Shown piece after piece: positions 18,357-28,696 of a stretch of 64,000 nt of DNA. Position numbers and translations under genes: made by a program. Below the pieces are notes generated by a model, which ran no database searches, was not told the DNA's origin, and worked only from the letters and a program-made list of their open reading frames with translations. This stretch comes from Flavobacterium sp. (lineage in GTDB: Bacteria > Bacteroidota > Bacteroidia > Flavobacteriales > Flavobacteriaceae). How positions within the stretch are numbered: the first letter of the stretch is position 1; each line of letters opens with the position of its first letter. The stretch spans positions 8,957 to 72,956 of the forward strand of contig NZ_JAYURN010000112.1 in assembly GCF_043756175.1 (NCBI RefSeq), given 5' to 3'.

Positions 18357-20627
18357 ATGAAAAATTTAAAAAATGCATTGTTTTATTTTACTGTTACTGG
18401 CGTTTTTACGGCTTTAATATACTGGGTTGTTGGACAAGGTAAAAGCCTAGAAATTGGAAGAAAAATTATCGCTCCTTCAGCAAAAAATACAGAGTGGAAT
18501 CAATTTTTAGATTCGCTAACACATAATTTACACCATCCTTTGGCCATTTTATTAGGCCAAATAATTACCATAATTATTGTGGCTCGTTTTTTTGGCTGGA
18601 TTTTCAAGAAAATTGGTCAACCATCAGTGATTGGAGAAATTATAGCAGGTATTTTTCTTGGCCCATCAGTTGTAGGAATGTATTTTCCAGAGTTTTCATT
18701 GGCATTATTCCCAATAGAATCTCTTGGAAACCTTCAATTCTTGAGTCAAATTGGACTAATCCTCTTCATGTTTGTTATAGGAATGGAATTAGACCTGAAA
18801 GTACTAAAAAACAAAGCCAATGAAGCTGTTGTAATAAGTCATGCCAGTATAGTTATTCCGTTTGCGTTAGGAATTTCTTTAGCATATTTTGTATATCATA
18901 AATTTGCACCACAAGGAGTCGAATTTCTGTCTTTTAGTTTGTTTATGGGAATCGCAATGAGTATTACTGCATTTCCGGTTTTGGCAAGAATTGTACAAGA
19001 AAGAGGAATTCATAAAACAAAATTAGGAAGCATCGTGATTACTTGTGCCGCCGCTGATGACATTACAGCTTGGTGCTTGCTTGCTGTTGTTATTGCCATT
19101 GTAAAAGCTGGAACATTTGAAAGTTCTCTTTACGTTATTGGTCTAGCAATATTTTATGTTTTGATCATGTTGTTTCTAATAAAACCATTCTTCAAACGAG
19201 TAGGCGATTTGTATTCGAACAACGAAAATTTAAGCAAACCTGTTGTTGCCATTTTCTTTCTAACACTTATTTTATCATCTTATGCAACCGAGGTCATAGG
19301 GATTCATGCACTTTTTGGTGCGTTTATGACAGGTGTTATCATGCCAGATGTATCTAAATTCAGAAATATTTTTATCGAAAAAGTTGAAGATGTTGCCTTA
19401 ATACTTTTACTTCCCTTATTTTTTGTTTTCACAGGGTTGCGTACACAGATAGGATTGATTAACGATCCTTATTTATGGAAAATTACGGGATTTATTATTT
19501 TAGTTGCAGTCGTAGGGAAATTTGTGGGAAGTGCCCTTGCTGCTAAATTTGTAGGCCAAAACTGGAAAGACAGTTTAACAATTGGCGCCTTAATGAACAC
19601 CCGCGGATTAATGGAACTAGTCGTTTTAAATATTGGTTACGATTTAGGAGTACTAACTTCTGAAATGTTTACCATGATGGTTATTATGGCATTAGTTACC
19701 ACATTTATGACTGGGCCAGCTCTGGATTTAATAAACCATGTTTTTAAAGAGAAAGAAACATTAACTCCAGAAGATGTAATTGAAATTAATAAATATAAAA
19801 TTCTTATTTCGTTTGGAAACTACGAAAAAGGAAAATCATTGCTTCGATTGGCAAATAGCTTAATCAAAAAACAAAAAGAAGTTTCTACCATAACTGCAAT
19901 GCATCTATCGGTTAGTGATGAAATGCATGGTTTTAATCTTGAAGACTATGAAAAAGAAACTTTCATTCCTATCCTTGAAGAATCTAAATCATTAAATCAA
20001 GATATAAATACGATATTTAAAGCAACAATCGACATTGAAACCGACATTGCGGACATTGCCAATCATGGTGACTATGACTTACTGTTAGTAGGATTAGGAA
20101 AATCTATATTTGAAGGAACTTTACTTGGTAAAGTGTTGGGATTTACCACAAGGATAATAAATCCAGACAGACTACTCGATAAGATTACTGGAAAAGAAGG
20201 CTTGTTTGCGAATTCGATTTTTGATGAGAGGACACGTCAAATTATTGCCAAAAACAAAACCCCATTGGGTATTCTTGTAGACAACGAATTGAATTATACC
20301 GACAAGGTATTTGTCCCTTTCTTTAGCACTGACGATTCTTTTCTGGTTGATTATATTCAAAAATTAGTCTATAATAACAATTCAAAAATTAAAATTATTG
20401 ATGTAAATAATCAGATAGAAAACAACTTTTTGATAAAAAATGCCATACAAACTTTAGAGAAAACCTACCCAGATAATATTGCCCTAGTAAATGAGGATCA
20501 GATACTAAAATCATTCTTAATCAAACAAGATTTGATGGTTATTAGTTTAGATAGCTGGAAGAAATTAGTCGATTCGCAAAGCGTTTGGTTAAGCAATTTG
20601 CCTTCTGTTTTAATTATCAAACCTTAA
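18357..20627 (+). CDS. Cation:proton antiporter (CPA2/Kef-like) with USP-like C-terminal domain
   Basis: GQPSVIGEIIAGIFLGPS, SITAFPVLARI, AAADD, GIHALFGAF, MNTRGLMELV. Confidence 0.9.
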   Translation: MKNLKNALFYFTVTGVFTALIYWVVGQGKSLEIGRKIIAPSAKNTEWNQFLDSLTHNLHHPLAILLGQIITIIIVARFFGWIFKKIGQPSVIGEIIAGIFLGPSVVGMYFPEFSLALFPIESLGNLQFLSQIGLILFMFVIGMELDLKVLKNKANEAVVISHASIVIPFALGISLAYFVYHKFAPQGVEFLSFSLFMGIAMSITAFPVLARIVQERGIHKTKLGSIVITCAAADDITAWCLLAVVIAIVKAGTFESSLYVIGLAIFYVLIMLFLIKPFFKRVGDLYSNNENLSKPVVAIFFLTLILSSYATEVIGIHALFGAFMTGVIMPDVSKFRNIFIEKVEDVALILLLPLFFVFTGLRTQIGLINDPYLWKITGFIILVAVVGKFVGSALAAKFVGQNWKDSLTIGALMNTRGLMELVVLNIGYDLGVLTSEMFTMMVIMALVTTFMTGPALDLINHVFKEKETLTPEDVIEINKYKILISFGNYEKGKSLLRLANSLIKKQKEVSTITAMHLSVSDEMHGFNLEDYEKETFIPILEESKSLNQDINTIFKATIDIETDIADIANHGDYDLLLVGLGKSIFEGTLLGKVLGFTTRIINPDRLLDKITGKEGLFANSIFDERTRQIIAKNKTPLGILVDNELNYTDKVFVPFFSTDDSFLVDYIQKLVYNNNSKIKIIDVNNQIENNFLIKNAIQTLEKTYPDNIALVNEDQILKSFLIKQDLMVISLDSWKKLVDSQSVWLSNLPSVLIIKP

Positions 20628-20630
20628 GTT

Positions 20631-22883
20631 TTAAAGCCCTAAATCAATTTTAATACTTAATTTTATAGCAATATTGTCTTCAAAACTTGGTAATTGGTTT
20701 GGTCCATATCTATAAAAAGCAACGAATCCCAATCCTTGATATATTTGATTTAACTCAAATCCAGATTCCATAAAACCTTTCTCAAGTGTCTTAAAGTTTA
20801 GGTTTAAATGTCGGTCTAGATTCTCTAAACTTCCAATTCCGTATTTGGTAACAATAGAAAAAACAGGTTTTATTTTTTTGCTAATTTCAAATTTAGGAAA
20901 CTGATGTTCTAACTGAAAAAAAGCATATTTATTCGAGAAGAACTCATTATAATACATGGTCTCAAAGCTGTCTTTTCCTGCAAAAGTGATGCGCTGTATA
21001 ATTTTATCTTTGGTCAGATTATTTGGTGAATGATTGTAAACATGCGTTATTGGGACATCGCCAAATGCATAACCACCTTCCATAAGAAACATTAGTTTGT
21101 GGTTTGAGTTAAACTTTTTTTTGTAATCAAATCGAAAATCTATTTTACCAAAATCGAAATCATTATTCCATAATTTAAGAATAGTTTTTGAAAACTGAAA
21201 AGTAAATTTCGGGTAGTTTTTATCAATCTCAATTGTTTTGTTTGGAGTTTGCATGTACTTACTAAGCGGATTCCATTGCAAGGAAACGGCTAGTACAGTT
21301 GTTTTAAATTTATTATACAAATTATCATTTAGTTTGTATAAATAATCAAATCTGGGAATAATATCACTTTGCGAAATTTGCCAAATGCTTTCTGTTTTTG
21401 GAATAATTTTAGTTTCAACAAACCCTCTCCAAGTTACGTGATTATAAAAAGTACTAATATTAAACGGCCTCGGATCGTAAATTTTGAAGGTTCGTTTATC
21501 AACTTCAAAAGAAGTGCTTGCAATTTCGTTTACATCATCCTTGTACGAAAAACCCAACCAAGTTTCCGAGTGATTATCTACACGAAATGAGTTGGCAATG
21601 TATCCTTTAAAAAAACCATCTTTTGTTCCATAAACATAATATCCTTCTAGTTTGTAATTTTTAGAGAGTTTTTCATTCGTAATTCCACCTATGCCTAATC
21701 TGAATCCTTCATAATTGTTGTAACGAAAAACATAACGCAAATCGACATCAAAAAAGCCAACTGGATAATAACCTTTGAGCACTTTCCTGCCAATTTTAAT
21801 TTTGTTTTCGTACTTTCTTTTCTGAATCAAACTGTCTAATGAAAAGTAAGTTGCAACACTCTTAACATCGGTCGAATCATTAAAATAATTATACCAAAGT
21901 GGTTCTTTTTTTGAAATTGCATTTTCGCTTATTGTTATGGCAATATCTGGATGTTTTATTTTTTGAATCTCATTGAATCTTGGCTCAAAATAGGTTGTAT
22001 TAGATTTAATTTCGACAAAATCTGAAGCGTATTTTTTGCCTGTAGGGTTTATTTTAGAATCATTACCCTCAAAAGTAATAGTTTCACCAAGGATCTTAAT
22101 AGGGAATTTACTGTTTCCTTTTTTTATAGAAAGGTTGCTTTTTATTGGAAACCAATTACCTAGTTCTTTATTGTACTGAAAATTATGATTGGATTTTATT
22201 TGTACTAATCCCGAAACTTTCAACTCTATTTTTGCAATGCTAAATTTTTGGGCATCAATAAATAAAATCCCTTCCATCTGATCTATTTTAGATTTTTTTT
22301 TGGGTTGAAATGAAACTTTATAAACTTTTCGATTCTCTAAAACACTAGTTTCTATAAAATTATAATTATATTTTCTTAATCCTTTATCAGAAATTGGGCT
22401 TGTGTATCCTTTTTCTACTAGTGAATATTTATCATCATAAACCGAAAAAGGCTGTAATTGCAAAGCAAAATATTCGAAAATAGGCTCTTTGAAACCTGCC
22501 ATTTTTGTAGCCAAGATCCTTTCTTTCTGATGGTTATTTACAACCTGAAATTTTGAAATTTTTTCTGTTTGGTATAGGTGTTGCTTTGAGATAATTTTTT
22601 TAAAAAAATAATCGGAAGAGTCTATCTCAGACAATACTTTTCTCTTATGTTTGGTGACAAAAACAGAATCTATTCTGCCTTCTATTAAATCAGGATTTGC
22701 GGTAATTATAAGTTTGTTGTAAGCTGTAAATTCGTAATTATTAGGATTGTTTACTCGTTTATACAGAATTACTTTCTTTATAATTGTATCATTATTAGAT
22801 GTGTTTTCTTGTGCAATAATTTTTATATTAGCAAAAAGGATAAGGAAAAAACATATAAAAGAAAGTTGCTTTTTTGAAGTCAT
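20631..22883 (-). CDS. DUF5686-like outer membrane protein
   Basis: Signal peptide; FTAYNKL, YNNYEGFRLG, YGTKD, C-terminal beta-strand pattern. Confidence 0.7.
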   Translation of the reverse strand: MTSKKQLSFICFFLILFANIKIIAQENTSNNDTIIKKVILYKRVNNPNNYEFTAYNKLIITANPDLIEGRIDSVFVTKHKRKVLSEIDSSDYFFKKIISKQHLYQTEKISKFQVVNNHQKERILATKMAGFKEPIFEYFALQLQPFSVYDDKYSLVEKGYTSPISDKGLRKYNYNFIETSVLENRKVYKVSFQPKKKSKIDQMEGILFIDAQKFSIAKIELKVSGLVQIKSNHNFQYNKELGNWFPIKSNLSIKKGNSKFPIKILGETITFEGNDSKINPTGKKYASDFVEIKSNTTYFEPRFNEIQKIKHPDIAITISENAISKKEPLWYNYFNDSTDVKSVATYFSLDSLIQKRKYENKIKIGRKVLKGYYPVGFFDVDLRYVFRYNNYEGFRLGIGGITNEKLSKNYKLEGYYVYGTKDGFFKGYIANSFRVDNHSETWLGFSYKDDVNEIASTSFEVDKRTFKIYDPRPFNISTFYNHVTWRGFVETKIIPKTESIWQISQSDIIPRFDYLYKLNDNLYNKFKTTVLAVSLQWNPLSKYMQTPNKTIEIDKNYPKFTFQFSKTILKLWNNDFDFGKIDFRFDYKKKFNSNHKLMFLMEGGYAFGDVPITHVYNHSPNNLTKDKIIQRITFAGKDSFETMYYNEFFSNKYAFFQLEHQFPKFEISKKIKPVFSIVTKYGIGSLENLDRHLNLNFKTLEKGFMESGFELNQIYQGLGFVAFYRYGPNQLPSFEDNIAIKLSIKIDLGL

Positions 22884-22989
22884 AAATTTTCATTACTTTT
22901 TTTGCAGGAATACTTACAAATATAACTTTAATAAATAAAAAATCCGAAGAAATCGGATTAGTTATGTAATTTAAAGAATTGAAGTTTTA

Positions 22990-23898
22990 TTACGACAAAG
23001 TAATTGTTGTATTTAGAATAACTTTAGATTTATCGAAAACATTAATAAATAAAATACCCTCTTGTAAATTAGTTACTGGTATTTCGCATTCTACTTTAAT
23101 AGTTTTATTCTGATATTTAACTTTTTTTGAAGCGCTATAATTTAAAGTTTCATTACCAAATTTTTCGACATTATTACTTCCTAAAACATTGTTTTTAGTA
23201 TCTATAATTTGAATGTAAAAATCTTTGTTTGTCGATTTTGCCAAATCATTTTCGGCAATCATAAAACTAACTTTTATTAGATTTATTTTGCTGGCTTTGT
23301 CAGTTTCGTTTAGTTTCCCAGAACCTTTCGATTTATAGAAATTTGTTTTAAACTCATAAAAATACAACTTTGAGGCTTCGGTAATTTTCTTTGATAACTT
23401 GTTGTTAGAAACCGTTAGTGTATCATTTTTTGTTTTTTCTTTAATCAAGCTAGCGCTAGTTTTAGTTAACGTAACATTGGTTTTGGTTAAAACAGCATTG
23501 GTACTGTCAATTTTACTTTTATAAGTGTTTATTTCGCTAAGTAATGCTTTAATCCTATTATCGGTAATACTTGCTGTTTGTTTATAATCGACAAGTGTTT
23601 TTTCAGTAATACTTTGTGACTTCAAGTCGAGTATAAGCTGTTTTACTTTATTTTGTTCTTTAAGCAATTTATTTGATAATGATTTGTTTGATGTCATTAT
23701 TTGAGTTAAAAACAATTGAGATTTTTCTAAATCTTTCAGCATATTTTCTTTTTCTTCCCTAAGAGAGATGATTTCTTTTTTTGATTTGCTTGAGGATTTA
23801 TATGCATAAAAAAGGCTACTTAGCATAATAAGGGACAATAGAATAATTACAATTTTAAAACTTTTACTGTTTTGTTTTTTCTTGTTTTTTTTTGACAT
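22990..23898 (-). CDS. Hypothetical N-anchored coiled-coil protein
   Basis: Basic N-terminus, single TM, coiled-coil region, C-terminal beta domain. Confidence 0.65.
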   Translation of the reverse strand: MSKKNKKKQNSKSFKIVIILLSLIMLSSLFYAYKSSSKSKKEIISLREEKENMLKDLEKSQLFLTQIMTSNKSLSNKLLKEQNKVKQLILDLKSQSITEKTLVDYKQTASITDNRIKALLSEINTYKSKIDSTNAVLTKTNVTLTKTSASLIKEKTKNDTLTVSNNKLSKKITEASKLYFYEFKTNFYKSKGSGKLNETDKASKINLIKVSFMIAENDLAKSTNKDFYIQIIDTKNNVLGSNNVEKFGNETLNYSASKKVKYQNKTIKVECEIPVTNLQEGILFINVFDKSKVILNTTITLS

Positions 23899-23957
23899 TT
23901 TTTTTAACTATTTTTTTTTATAAAGCTATTATTTTTATTTCTAATTAAAGTAGATTA

Positions 23958-25196
23958 TTAAACCCTTTTAGCAAGCGTTTCAAATCTGATATTTTTGTCT
24001 AGCTTGTAATAGAGTACAATACCTATGAGTCCTATAACCCCCATTAGTAACCAGTTTGAAAAATAATTAAAATTTTCGATAACACTAAGGCCTATTTTTG
24101 GGCTTAATATTTGTGCTGCACTAAAACTCATAGCATAGAAAGCCATGTATTTTCCTTCTTGTCCTTGAACAGCTCGTGTAAATGCAAAAGTATTAGAAAA
24201 TGAAAAAAGCAATATTTGCCCTAAGGTTATTAGAAAAATGCTAACAATTAGTATTGCGACAGATTTTGAAAATAACAAAAAGAAGAATCCTGAAGTCATA
24301 AATACCGAACCTAATAATATTATTTTGGTTGCTTCAAAACTTTTCCTTTCTAAAAAACCTATTAATGGCATCTCAAAAAGGAATACTAATAAGCCATTTA
24401 ATGCAAGCAACATTCCTATTTGAAATTCGTCAAGTTTGAGTTTATCGGAGTTATATTGTGGTATTGTTGTAAATAATTGAAAAAACAAAAAAGCAGTAAG
24501 AAAACTTGCAAATAAGAAGATGACAAAGTTAGAATCAAATTTTGAATTTCCGATTGCTACTTTATTCTTTTTTCTGTCTTTATTAATTTTTCTTCGGGCT
24601 TTATATATTTTACTTTCATCGATGAGCAACATGAATACAGAAATTGCAACAATGCACGTGATGCCATCTATCCAAAAAAGCATGTCGTAATTGTCTTTTT
24701 GTATAACTAATCCCGCTATAACAGGTCCTGATACAATTCCTAAATTTACAGCTAGTCTAATTAAAGTTAATGCTCTGGTTCTGTTTTTTTTGTTGGTAAA
24801 ATTAGATACCGCAACATACATTGCGGGTTTATACATGTCAGCAATAGCCGTTACTAGAAATAACCCTATGCATATTTCTACAAAATCATATAAAAACATT
24901 AAGGAAATAATACCGAAGCCTGTTAAAAAAAGGCTAGACAACATGATAGTGTAAAACCCTAATCTGTCTGTTAGCTTCCCCCCGATCCAATTGCCAAATA
25001 ATGCACCGACTCCGATACAAACAAACATCCAACCTACTTGAGTAAGGCTAAAAAAAAGGTTTTCATGCAAATATTTAGTTAGGAACAACATTACCATTGC
25101 TCCAGCACGATTGATGTAGGTTATGAATGTTAAAACCCAGACTTCTCTTGAGAAACCTCTAAAGCTATCAATGTAGGCGTTGAAATAACTTTTCAT
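23958..25196 (-). CDS. MFS transporter
   Basis: 12 TM pattern, GGKLTDRLG motif A, NRAGAMV. Confidence 0.9.
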   Translation of the reverse strand: MKSYFNAYIDSFRGFSREVWVLTFITYINRAGAMVMLFLTKYLHENLFFSLTQVGWMFVCIGVGALFGNWIGGKLTDRLGFYTIMLSSLFLTGFGIISLMFLYDFVEICIGLFLVTAIADMYKPAMYVAVSNFTNKKNRTRALTLIRLAVNLGIVSGPVIAGLVIQKDNYDMLFWIDGITCIVAISVFMLLIDESKIYKARRKINKDRKKNKVAIGNSKFDSNFVIFLFASFLTAFLFFQLFTTIPQYNSDKLKLDEFQIGMLLALNGLLVFLFEMPLIGFLERKSFEATKIILLGSVFMTSGFFFLLFSKSVAILIVSIFLITLGQILLFSFSNTFAFTRAVQGQEGKYMAFYAMSFSAAQILSPKIGLSVIENFNYFSNWLLMGVIGLIGIVLYYKLDKNIRFETLAKRV

Positions 25197-25272
25197 TTTA
25201 TTTGGTTTTTAAATCAAAAAATAGCATTGGGATTCTACTTATCGATTTTGTTATTATAATTGAATAAAATTA

Positions 25273-26358
25273 TTAATATATTTTTTTAACTTTTTTAGAT
25301 CTATCAGCAATATAAGAGACTAGCCAGGCTATTTGTCCCTCTTTAGCGAAGTATAATTTTTTGTCATTTATTCCCGGAATTGCTTCAAGACAAACTAGAA
25401 GGATGTTACTTCCTGAGATTAAATATTTTTGTGAATAGGTTTTCAAAACTTTTTCAGCATCTTTATCAGTTTTAGCTAATTCTTCAAATTTTTTAAAATT
25501 ATTTTTCAAAATTGCATCATAATTAAGTACATCTTCTAGATTAAACTTATTAAAACTTTCCTTTGCTGCTCCGTTATAAAGCGTATAAAAAGCCCATACT
25601 GCTCCACCTGACATAAATACTTTTTCTTTTTCTAAAGCTACCGGACTAGTTCCATACATTGCGTTTATTTGATCTCTTAATGTAGGAAGGAATCCGAATG
25701 ATTTCTCGTTATATTCCGAAATATCGTCTTTCCTTGTTTTTTTTATTACAGCTTCTGTAAGCGTTATAGTACCATAACTTACACTTAAAGGAAAAAAGAC
25801 AAATGCATCATCATTCCTTACGTCGACATATCCTCCTTTAGTGTTTCCACCACCAATATCTAAAATCATCGAATCTTTATAATCCGAAGGCGGAACGCAA
25901 CCTTTTAGCAGCATTTTTCCTTCTGTTTGTGCATCAATAAAATCTAAGTTTTTGTTTGTTGACAGTTTAACTTTATCTATTAGTTCTTTTGTGTTTTTTG
26001 CCATAGCAACACCCGAGGAACCAACTATAAATATGTTTTCATCAGTTACTTTAAACTCGTTTTTTATTTTTATATAATTAGAAAGTACTGTAGCCGCTGC
26101 CTTATCTATGTCTTCTTTGGCAAGATTACCATCAATAGCTATTCCTTTTGCGATACCAACATTTTCGGACCAATAAGATTTAATAACAAAATCTCCTCTT
26201 TTGATGTTTTTAACATCTAAAACAGACATTTTTATACCTTTACTACCTATTTCAATACCTGCAAATAGATTTTCAGGAATAGTTTCTTGCGAGAATAATG
26301 TATTTTGAAAAAAGAATAATAAAACAAAGGCGCTAAGAAGTATTTTTTTTATATTCAT
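25273..26358 (-). CDS. Ppx/GppA-fold (ASKHA) protein with apparent signal peptide
   Basis: AGIEIGSKGIK, VGSSGVAMAKN, TEG, LDIGGGNTK; hydrophobic N-terminus ending LFS-Q. Confidence 0.7.
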   Translation of the reverse strand: MNIKKILLSAFVLLFFFQNTLFSQETIPENLFAGIEIGSKGIKMSVLDVKNIKRGDFVIKSYWSENVGIAKGIAIDGNLAKEDIDKAAATVLSNYIKIKNEFKVTDENIFIVGSSGVAMAKNTKELIDKVKLSTNKNLDFIDAQTEGKMLLKGCVPPSDYKDSMILDIGGGNTKGGYVDVRNDDAFVFFPLSVSYGTITLTEAVIKKTRKDDISEYNEKSFGFLPTLRDQINAMYGTSPVALEKEKVFMSGGAVWAFYTLYNGAAKESFNKFNLEDVLNYDAILKNNFKKFEELAKTDKDAEKVLKTYSQKYLISGSNILLVCLEAIPGINDKKLYFAKEGQIAWLVSYIADRSKKVKKIY

Positions 26359-26456
26359 AGTAGGTAAAGTTTAAAATTAAAAAATAGATTTTACTTTAGT
26401 TGGAGAGTAAAAATATCAAAAAAAATAACATAAACGCATTAAATTCTTTTAAATAT

Positions 26457-26496
26457 AAAAAATCCGTTAAGTTTTTTAAAACTTAACGGATTTTTA
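26457..26496. terminator. Intrinsic terminator after frr
   Basis: AAAAAATCCGTTAAGTTTT-TT-AAAACTTAACGGATTTTT. Confidence 0.75.
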
Positions 26497-26515
26497 GGCT
26501 TTTTTTTAACTAAAG

Positions 26516-27079
26516 TTAAACCTTCATTATCTCAGCCTCTTTGACTACTAACAGCTCATCTATTTTTCTAATAAAAGTATCTGTAAGTTTCTGAACGCTT
26601 TCTTCGGCGCTTTTACAAATATCTTCTGATGTTCCGTCTTTTTCTAATTTTTTGATATCCGAATTAGCATCTTTACGAACGTTACGAACACCTATTTTAG
26701 CATCTTCTGCTTCTGTTTTGGCTTGTTTTGCTAATTCGCGTCTTCTTTCTTCCGTAAGTGGAGGAACACTAATTATGATTAAATCTCCATTGTTCATTGG
26801 ATTAAAACCAATATTAGCAATCATAATCGCTTTCTCAATTACTTGCAACATGTTTTTTTCGAAAGGTTGCAAAGTGATTGTTCTAGCATCTGGCACACTG
26901 ATTTTTGCAACTTGCGAAAGTGGTGTTGCCGAGCCATAATAATCTACAAAAACACTTCCTAGCATAGCTGGAGAAGCTTTTCCTGCACGAATATTTAAAA
27001 ATTCTTTTTCTAAATGGGCAATAGAACCTTCCATAGATTCTTTTGTACTATCGAGAATAAAATCAATTTCTTCAGTCAT
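26516..27079 (-). CDS. frr: Ribosome recycling factor
   Basis: IRAGKASP, VDYYG, PPLTEERRRELAK, RNVRKDAN. Confidence 0.98.
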   Translation of the reverse strand: MTEEIDFILDSTKESMEGSIAHLEKEFLNIRAGKASPAMLGSVFVDYYGSATPLSQVAKISVPDARTITLQPFEKNMLQVIEKAIMIANIGFNPMNNGDLIIISVPPLTEERRRELAKQAKTEAEDAKIGVRNVRKDANSDIKKLEKDGTSEDICKSAEESVQKLTDTFIRKIDELLVVKEAEIMKV

Positions 27080-27085
27080 TTTATT

Positions 27086-27177
27086 TTAGATTGTTAGACT
27101 TCTTGGATTGTTAGGCTACTAAGATTTCTTGAACTAATATAAGTTTTATGAAAGTCTAAGAAGTCTAAAAATCTAAG
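27086..27177. repeat. Inverted 8-9-nt-unit array hairpin (TTAGACTTC/GAAGTCTAA)
   Basis: Left TTAGATTG TTAGACTTC TTGGATTG TTAGGCTAC; right AAGTCTAAG AAGTCTAAA AATCTAAG. Confidence 0.7.
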
Positions 27178-27186
27178 TTGTCTGAT

Positions 27187-27894
27187 TTATATATTTACTA
27201 CTGTTCCAATGTTGTCTCCTTTGCAAATTTTAAGTAAATTTCCTTCTTTGTTCATATCAAAAACTATGATCGGTAATTTATTTTCTTGACTTAATGTAAA
27301 TGCTGTTGTATCCATGACATTTAATCCTTTTTTGAGTACGTCTTCAAACGAAATGTAATCAAATTTTACTGCATCTTTATTTTTTTCTGGATCTTCAGAA
27401 TAAATACCATCTACACGAGTTCCTTTCAGAATAACATCGGCATTTACTTCAACACCTCTTAGAACAGCTGCTGTGTCGGTTGTAAAATAAGGATTTCCTG
27501 TTCCTGCACCAAAAATTACAATTCTGTTTTTCTCCAAATGTCTTACCGCTCTTCTTTTAATGTAAGGCTCGGCAATAGCTTCAATTTTTAAAGCAGTTTG
27601 CAAACGAGTAAGCATTCCTTTTTCTTCGAGTGCACCTTGCAATGCCATTCCGTTTATGACTGTGGCAAGCATTCCCATGTAATCTCCCTGAACTCTATCC
27701 ATACCATTACTTGCACCTGCAATACCTCTAAAAATATTTCCTCCTCCAATGACAATGGCGATTTGAACTCCTAAATCATGAATTTGTTTTATTTCATCAG
27801 CATATTCTGCTAAACGTTTTGGATCTATTCCGTATTGACGGTCTCCCATTAGTGCTTCACCACTTAATTTTAGAAGAATTCTTTTGTATTTCAT
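27187..27894 (-). CDS. pyrH: UMP kinase
   Basis: [30 protein letters not shown]. Confidence 0.98.
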   Translation of the reverse strand: MKYKRILLKLSGEALMGDRQYGIDPKRLAEYADEIKQIHDLGVQIAIVIGGGNIFRGIAGASNGMDRVQGDYMGMLATVINGMALQGALEEKGMLTRLQTALKIEAIAEPYIKRRAVRHLEKNRIVIFGAGTGNPYFTTDTAAVLRGVEVNADVILKGTRVDGIYSEDPEKNKDAVKFDYISFEDVLKKGLNVMDTTAFTLSQENKLPIIVFDMNKEGNLLKICKGDNIGTVVNI

Positions 27895-27969
27895 TGCAAT
27901 TTTGTGCTTGTTATGTACTGCAAATATAAAGATATTCTTCCGTTTTATAAAATTGGTTTTTATTATTTA

Positions 27970-28617
27970 TTAATCTTCCGAAATATGTTTTTTAATAAGG
28001 TCATGACCTAAATAAATCATTGGCGTTAAAGCGATTGCAATAATTAGCTTGAAAGTGTATCCGGTTAGTGCCGAAGTAATAAATGTTTCGAAATTTATTT
28101 TACCTGGCAACCAAAATGCTATTCCTAAAACAATAAAGGAATCAAATAATTGCGAAATTACTGTAGAACCTGTTGTTCTGAGCCATATTTTTTTGTCACC
28201 TGTTTTGTTTTTGAAATACCAAAAAACACTAACATCGATGAGTTGTGAAACTAGAAAAGCTATGATGCTTCCCACGATTATCCACATACTTTGCCCGAAA
28301 ACGGCTTGAAACTGATTATCATTTACAGGACTAATTCCTTTGGCTGCTGGAATTGCGATTGCAAATAACAAAACTATAAAGGCATAAGCAATTAAGCAGG
28401 CGGTTATAAAAGATAGTTTTCGCACTCCTTTTTCTCCGAAATATTCGTTTATTAAATCGGTGGTAATAAAAACGATTGGCCAAGGCAATATTCCGATACT
28501 CATGACAAATGAGCCAATTTGTATTAATTTTCCGCCTATAAGTTCTGCAACAACGGCATTGGTAATGAATATTCCTGCTAGAATTACAAAAATAAGTTCT
28601 CTTTTGGTTTTGAACAT
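27970..28617 (-). CDS. Queuosine precursor transporter (YhhQ/DUF165 family)
   Basis: TDLINEYFG, GSIIAFLVSQLID, WLRTTGSTVISQLFDS. Confidence 0.88.
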   Translation of the reverse strand: MFKTKRELIFVILAGIFITNAVVAELIGGKLIQIGSFVMSIGILPWPIVFITTDLINEYFGEKGVRKLSFITACLIAYAFIVLLFAIAIPAAKGISPVNDNQFQAVFGQSMWIIVGSIIAFLVSQLIDVSVFWYFKNKTGDKKIWLRTTGSTVISQLFDSFIVLGIAFWLPGKINFETFITSALTGYTFKLIIAIALTPMIYLGHDLIKKHISED

Positions 28618-28696
28618 GAATTAGTGTTTTATCAAAGTTAGGTATTTTATTGTTTTAAGTAATTGAACAAAGGTTAATTAATGAAAACATTAATTT

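Noticed and set aside
23440-23500. LTKT duplication in the 22990-23898 protein
   Set aside because: Short heptad-like duplication in a coiled coil; not informative
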